Assembly (NCBI RefSeq): GCF_009914755.1
Contig: NC_060941.1
DNA: 64,000 nucleotides
Direction: 5' to 3' (one strand)
From: the human T2T-CHM13v2.0 reference genome, Homo sapiens
Shown: positions 56,353 through 64,000 of the stretch, piece by piece
Layout of the letters: each line of letters opens with the position of its first letter
How positions within the stretch are numbered: the stretch's first letter is position 1
Notes under the pieces: generated by a model
Databases searched by the model: none
The model's input: the letters and a program-made list of their open reading frames with translations, nothing else
What the model was told of the DNA's origin: nothing
Made by a program: the position numbers and the translations under genes

Positions 56353-56652
56353 GAAGGGGATGCAATCTGGGAGAGTCACTTGGGGGTTTTTGGTTTAAGA
56401 TAAGCTGCACAATGGATGGCAAGTGTTTATTTTGCTTTTTATCATTCAACTGTACATATATATTTTATATACATTCCTGCAAGTCACATGTTTCACAAAA
56501 ATGGGCTACAAGTGTTATATATGTGGGTCAAGTTTAGCTCCTTGTGTCTAGTTAGCAAATTTAATCTAGGATAATACTTATGTTGCAGGTTTACAACAGT
56601 GAGAAAGATGATACAGAGATTACTTCCTGCTTTTCTCTCTGACACAACTGTC

Positions 56653-56947
<295 letters not shown>

Positions 56948-57080
56948 TGATTTCTTCTTAATTACAGCCTAATTTCCTTTGGACTTGAGGCTGTAAGCAA
57001 GAGCAATGTGTTTGTCTTTTAGAATGAAGTAGGGCAGTAGTATTAACAGTTTCATGTAATGGTCAATTGATATATGTCAT

Positions 57081-57289
57081 TGTATTAGGCTCTTCTTGTA
57101 TTGCTATAAAGAAATACCTGAGACTGGGTAATTTATAAAGAAAAGAGGTTTAATTAGTTCTTGGTTCTGCAGGCTGTATAGGAAGCATGGCACCTGCATA
57201 TGCTTGCCTTCTGGGGAGTACTCAGGGAGGTTTTATTCATGACAGGAGGTAAAGCGGGAGCTTGCATGTCACATGGTGAAAGCAGGAGT

Positions 57290-57337
<48 letters not shown>

Positions 57338-57527
57338 GTGGGGTGTCAGTCACACACTTTCAAACAACCATATCTTGCAAGAACTCACTCACTATCCCAA
57401 AGACAGCAGCAAGCCATGAGGGATCTGCCCCCATGATTCAGGCACCTCCCACCAGACCCCACCTCCAACTCTGTGGATTACATTTCAACATGAGATTTGG
57501 CTGGGGACATATATTCAAACTATATTA
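57081..57527 (-). mobile_element. MSTB-type solo LTR containing (GA)n
   Basis: tgtattaggc...ttggttctgcaggctgtataggaagcatgg...caaactatatta; TSD GTCAT at 57076-57080 and 57528-57532. Confidence 0.93.
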
Positions 57528-59789
57528 GTCATCAAAATGATAATTTGAATTTGATTTTGTTTGGTCTTAGAGGAGACATTCTTGAGGCTCATTTGAAAAA
57601 ACCAATATCCCAGGTCATTCTAGACTATCTATCCTTTCCATATGTTTCAAGAACTTAACAGACTTTATACAAAAAGCCGAATATGGGGTCTAAGGAATAT
57701 TTAGTTGCATGGTATATGACTAATTTTTCACCCCATGGGAGACAAAAGCGTATTCTTGGTCAGCCTCTTAGCATTTCCAGGGATCCATTTTTCTTTCCTT
57801 TCTTCCAAACTAATAAATTCTCCAGGAATGCTGAGAAACCTTCAGGCCTAAAGAATTTAGAAATTGTGGATGGTATACTGGTAAAAGCAATCAATAAAAA
57901 ACTATAACATTAGAGTCTACTTGCAAAACAGGAGGAGTAGCAGGCAATCTCGACAGTGGAAATAGCCCAGGTAAACTTACATTCAATTGTAAATTGTTGA
58001 AGTGAGATACTCAACATATTGCATCTGGGAGGTTTCCCCTGAGTGTTGAATCTCCTCAAGTGATCAAACCCAAAATTTCTCTGGAAATAAAGTCAGAAAT
58101 TGAATGATTTTGAAAAGGAATTTTCTTGCAGTGTTTGTCATTTTTTCCTAGTCTGGGTAAGTGGCATAAGGTAGAGAAAATTTAGAAAGAATAAAATGTT
58201 TTCAGTTATTACAAGAATGAAAATATCAATATTTTAAAATATCCAAACAAGTTGAAAGATTATTGTTACTGTCACAAATTAGAGATGAGCAGCTGGGAAA
58301 TATTGATTGTCAAATTTTCAAGTTTGGTATCTTTTCAAATATAAAATAATGTGTTTCCTAGGTGGTAGTTTAAACCATCCGAGTACATGGCTTCTTTAGA
58401 ATTAACTTTAAAGGAGTTTTCTTTATTTTGGCCTAAGAGGTGATACTATCCCAGGCATCATAAAAGCATAGCATTTGAAATTTACCTTTTTAAAATGTAG
58501 ATAGATTTGAACTAGAAAATAAAGAATTTGATTGAGATATGATTTCATTTGGATATTAGCAAGAAACATCAGCCAGAATGCTGTATTTGCATAGATCTGA
58601 TGCCTTAAATTCAGGCTAACTTATCCTGTTACCAGCAAACAAAAGTCTCTGACATACTTGCCCTATGTGAAACAAATGCCCTGAGCTACTTCTTTGGCTT
58701 TGAACTCCATTACTGTGTGGTTCTGGTATCTTACCTTGGTTCTGATCTCATATTTGGTCCTGCTGTCATGTTTGGAGCTCAGGAGATCTGATCTTCTTGG
58801 TTTGGGACCCAAGTCACCCCTAACCCATGACCATAACTAGCTGCCCCTTTTAATGGGGAGTGCTTCAGGCATCTCTACATCTCACAGTCTAGGCAAAACT
58901 CACTCCTGGTCATGAAAAGGAAGATATTCCCTTACCTTAGCCTAAAAGTCTCTTTTCAAGTCTTGATCTCCTGCTCTAGGATTGAAAAGCTGTCAACACT
59001 GTAGTAAGGTCTCTGAATCTTGTCAAGATAAAACACTGGTGCATTCCATAAAGTCAAGTTTGTTGTCGTCGTTGTCCTATTTTGGTTTTGGTTTTCATTT
59101 TAACTTGCACTGAACATGGGTTATGATCAGCCAAGTCCAAGCTGAACTACTATGAAGTTTAGCCTAGTTCTTTTTCAGTGTTTTTTATCAGTCATTCACA
59201 GACTCTTGGGAATTACTTAAAATCTTTATTTTCTAAACAACTCGCAAGGGAAGAGAATAGGTAAAAGGAACAGAAAAGAATCAATGAATCAAATACTTTT
59301 AGATGGTTTTGGATTAAATATGGTTTAGAACTTTCTTTACTGCTGGATATTTGAGAATATATAACATGCTTTGTGCCTTTGAATAGCCACATTAGTTCAA
59401 TCTTGTTTATAGTTTTCCTAATGTAAATTTTGAAGCAGGTGTGTGTGTGTGTTTGTGTGTATGTGCATGTATTTGTGTGTCTGTGTGTGTGTGTGTGACA
59501 GAAAAAGAGAGAAAGAGAGAGTATGAATGATATATTGGGAATTTTTATTTTTAATAGAAATCTAATGTAAATGTTAGCCCAAGAATATTGTAAGTCTTTG
59601 CCTGCAATCTCAAAATAACAGTGACAAAATTTCAATGGATTCAGCAAATTAAATTACTAAAGAAGAAAATCTAAACTGCTTCTCCTGAAGTAGCTCCTGA
59701 GCAACTTTCCCAGAATAATGTATCAATTTTATGCATTTGTCTTTGTGACAAGTTTGCCTCATTTTAATTATTATACATTAATAATAGTA

Positions 59790-59980
59790 ATGATAATAGT
59801 TCCAATGATACCTGCAATTTATGAAGCATTAAATTATGGATTTAGCACTATGCTTTACATTTATCTCATTTTAATGAGAAATATACCAAGGCTAAGTTAA
59901 GAATATTGCTCAACATTGCGCAAGTAATAAGTGCTGGAACTCACATGTGAATGCAACACTGCCTATCTCCATTGGATCTT
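59790..59980 (-). mobile_element. MIR SINE
   Basis: tgctttacatttatctcattttaatgagaaatataccaaggctaagttaag. Confidence 0.55.
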
Positions 59981-60059
59981 TCATACAACAAATCATTGTT
60001 GAGGACATATATGTCCAAGGGGTAAGGTTTTTATCCTAGTTAAACCTCCCATGAAGATG

Positions 60060-61010
60060 GTAAGACAAGTTAAAGTAACTCAGTGATGCCCACTCTAAAA
60101 AAGTGAAGCAGTAATGTTTGAGTAACATAAGGAAGAGTGAGTCCTATAAGCTCTGAGGGAATGTATTTCAATAGAGGAATGCACAAATGCAAAGACATGA
60201 GGCAGGGGTGATACTGATGAGAACTGAAAGAAGACTGCAATGAAGGAAGACTCCAGAGAAGTAGGCAATGTATCATGCAATGCAGGCAGAAGACTAGACA
60301 GAGGCTAGATCTTAAAGAAATTGGTATGCCATGATGAGAAGATTATGTTTTATTTTAAATGAAATGGACATATATTGGAGCAGGGAAGTGGCATGATATG
60401 ATTCACAATTTAAAAATATTTTATCTAATTTAGGGACTAGATGGTAAGTGCTGGTGGTGAGGGAAGAGACAAAAGTGGATGCTAAAGAGACCATTTAGAA
60501 AGCTACTACAAAGATTTAATTCTGATTTTCTTAGGTCAGTATAATATATCATGCAATCCATATATGCAAATTTCAATTTTTAATAGCAAAATTTAAAAAG
60601 TAAAAAACAAGGGTGAAATTAATTTTATTAATATATTTTATTTAGCTCAAAACACCCAAAATATTATCACTTCAACATGCAATCAATATGTGAAAGTACT
60701 AAGGATACGTGTTACATTCTTTCTTGGGTACCAAATTTTTGACATGTGGTATGTATTTGCCCCTATAACACAACACAAACTAGCCATTTTTCAAGTGCTC
60801 AGCAGCTACACATGGCTAGCTTTAATACTGGACAGTACAGATATAGGCAAATATTAATGATGGTTTGATTAGAGCGATTGCAATGGAAATGGAGAGAAGC
60901 AGATTAATTGGACATAAGTTTTATAGATTTAGTAATAATAGGAGTTGCAGAGGAATCTAGGATGAAACAACATTTTTAGTAACACTACTCAGAGATGGTG
61001 GTGTTATTAA
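60060..61010 (-). mobile_element. L2 fragments interrupted by MER33
   Basis: gagcagggaagtggcatgatatgatt...gagaccatttagaaagctact | ggaaatggagagaagcagat. Confidence 0.6.
60537..60840. mobile_element. MER33 hAT-Charlie element
   Basis: ggtgaaattaattttattaatatattttatttagc...ttcaagtgctcagcagctacacatggctag...tggacagtacag. Confidence 0.8.
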
Positions 61011-61282
61011 GATAATAAAACTGGTGATTTTATGGAAGATGTTTAAAGAGGAATCAAAGTGCCAGTCCATAACAAGTGAAAATACTGCTTCTCATTAGTG
61101 GTAACTAATGTCTCTCAACCCACCTTCTTGCTAATACCACTTAACAAAGAATATGGTGGTTCACAGCCTCCTGAATTAGAATGACGAGAATGCATATAAA
61201 ACTGCACATTCCCAAATGTTACTAGAGTTCCACTGAATTACAATATCAGAGTTTCCAAAACTTTAAATATACAGTAATTTAA

Positions 61283-61485
61283 CTGTGGTGTGGTGAAGCT
61301 AGTTCAACGCGACTTGCACTTGCAAGAGTTGACTGTTACATTTTCAGGAATTTTGAGAGTGTGTTGATGTCATGTCCATAGCTTGAAATTGATCACAGTG
61401 GGAGTATTTACACTATGAAAATGAGCAAATGCTACAAATCAGGGCTTTTTTTTTACCCCCAGAGTTCATTTGTAAGCACACACAC
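61283..61485. mobile_element. MER63A-like hAT element
   Basis: attttcaggaatttt...tagcttgaaatt...gtgggagtatttacac...gctacaaatcagggct. Confidence 0.75.
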
Positions 61486-62216
61486 AACAGAAGGGACAAG
61501 AGAACAAGAAGAGAATATGAAGAAAGCGCTCCACACACACACACACATTAAGCATGCATAAAAGCCTTGTAAAATACAGCAATAAAACAAAACAGAACAA
61601 TGGTAAATCATTGTTAGAAAGATAAATCTTCTGGTTCCAGAACAGAAGATAAATTTAAAAGAATACAATGCATCAAAGTTGATACATTCAAGAACTGAAA
61701 TTCTAATACTGAGAAAAGCATGCTTGAGACTGTAGCTCCCCTCCTGCATATTAAGAAGTCCCTGCATACAGCCTAGAGTCTAAAGGAGGTAGCTAAAATC
61801 CTTGTCAGTGACAGGATATGGATTAAATAACTTGTCTTCATGGGGAAAATATAATATTGTATATGCAGGCTAAAATCTGCATATAAAATGGGCAATCCTT
61901 AAGAATTTCTTAAAAGCATAACTTTGAAATAAGTAGTTAAGGAAAAATAATTTATAAAATAATAATCTACAAAAGTCAGGAAAATAGTTTTATACTACAT
62001 AAAATGATAAAGATGTAAAATTATAAGTATAAATACAAACACTAATGAAACTATCAAAACAATTTAATCAATCAAGTTCTGGTAATAAAGCAGAGGATGG
62101 AAAAATAAAGTAGAAAGGTAATCACAATTTCTTAGTTGCTCAGTCAATAGATACTTTCTAGAAGATGAGCTTGAAAGTAATATTGCAAAGTAATATTGGT
62201 TGTAAATAAACTACTA

Positions 62217-62270
62217 TATGTTGGTACAAATGTAATTGTGTTTTTTACCATTACTTTTACACCAACCTAA
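62217..62270. mobile_element. MADE1 (Hsmar1 MITE), internally deleted
   Basis: gttggtacaaatgtaattgtgttttttaccattacttttacaccaacctaa flanked by TA. Confidence 0.8.
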
Positions 62271-62453
62271 TAGAATGAAAAATAGCAAGTAAAACTTTTG
62301 CACAATCAGGTTGTACAGGGCACACAACAGAGCTAGGAAAAAAGAAATTGTGGTTTTTACCATTACTTTTACATCAACCTAATAAAATGAAAAATAGCAA
62401 GTAAAATTTTTGCACAGAGTGTACAAAGCACACAACAGAGCTAGGAAAAAAGA
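62234..62453. repeat. About 110-bp diverged tandem duplication that includes most of MADE1
   Basis: Copies at 62234-62345 and 62346-62453 share accattacttttaca, aatgaaaaatagcaagtaaaa and gcacacaacagagctaggaaaaa. Confidence 0.92.
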
Positions 62454-62881
62454 TATCATATTGTAAAAGGAAGAAACAAAAGAAGCAGCAGCATGAAAAA
62501 TATAAAGCGTAACATAAATTATGGCTTATACTCTTAGAAATTATCAGTAATGGTAAATATATATTTATAGATAATGTATAAAATGTGTATATATAATGTA
62601 TAAAAATGTAGCAAAGAAAGCAAAAAAAGCACCTCCTAGGCTAAACTCTGTGCTATAGAACTGTATACAGACTCTACTCCTATACCATGTAACAGTGACA
62701 GCAAAACAGTGATTTGACAGAAGTGGAGGACAGGCAGGATGGGGAGAGTAGGCAGGTGGTAGCTGAAAATAAAAATGTAGACCAAGGAACAGTAAACAAA
62801 TGAATAATTAAAGGAAACAAGAATTTTTACTTTAACATAAACAGCTGAACTCAGAAGGAGAGCATTTAAAAAGGCAATATA

Positions 62882-64000
<1,119 letters not shown>

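Overview
Primate (human-like) non-coding genomic DNA: AT-rich, CpG-depleted, with no CpG island and no supportable protein-coding exon, RNA gene or CRISPR array. The ORF-track entries are short chance frames or read through Alu, THE1/MST, L1 or GA-rich repeats. The window holds the 5' end of a young minus-strand L1PA2/PA3-like element, about 20 Alu copies or fragments, ERVL/MaLR LTRs (THE1, MST, MLT1, MLT2), one THE1D/MSTA-type provirus, MIR, L2 and old L1M fragments, and DNA transposon relics (MER20 x4, MER91A, MER115, MER33, MER63A, MADE1). I found no evidence for a previously undescribed gene system. The noteworthy signals are mechanistic scars readable from the sequence: (1) an AluY with a twin-priming-like 5' inversion; (2) a provirus with one LTR collapsed into a templated hairpin filler while both TSDs survive; (3) an Alu and an L1 sharing one triplicated target site; (4) an L1 5'UTR lacking the ORF0 start region; (5) an Alu fused to a 50-bp L1 tail; (6) a CTAG palindrome patch and several local tandem duplications; (7) stretches free of young TEs that carry clustered developmental TF motifs (candidate enhancers). 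Family and subfamily calls come from recalled consensus sequences and need RepeatMasker/Dfam confirmation; boundaries of old repeats are approximate.
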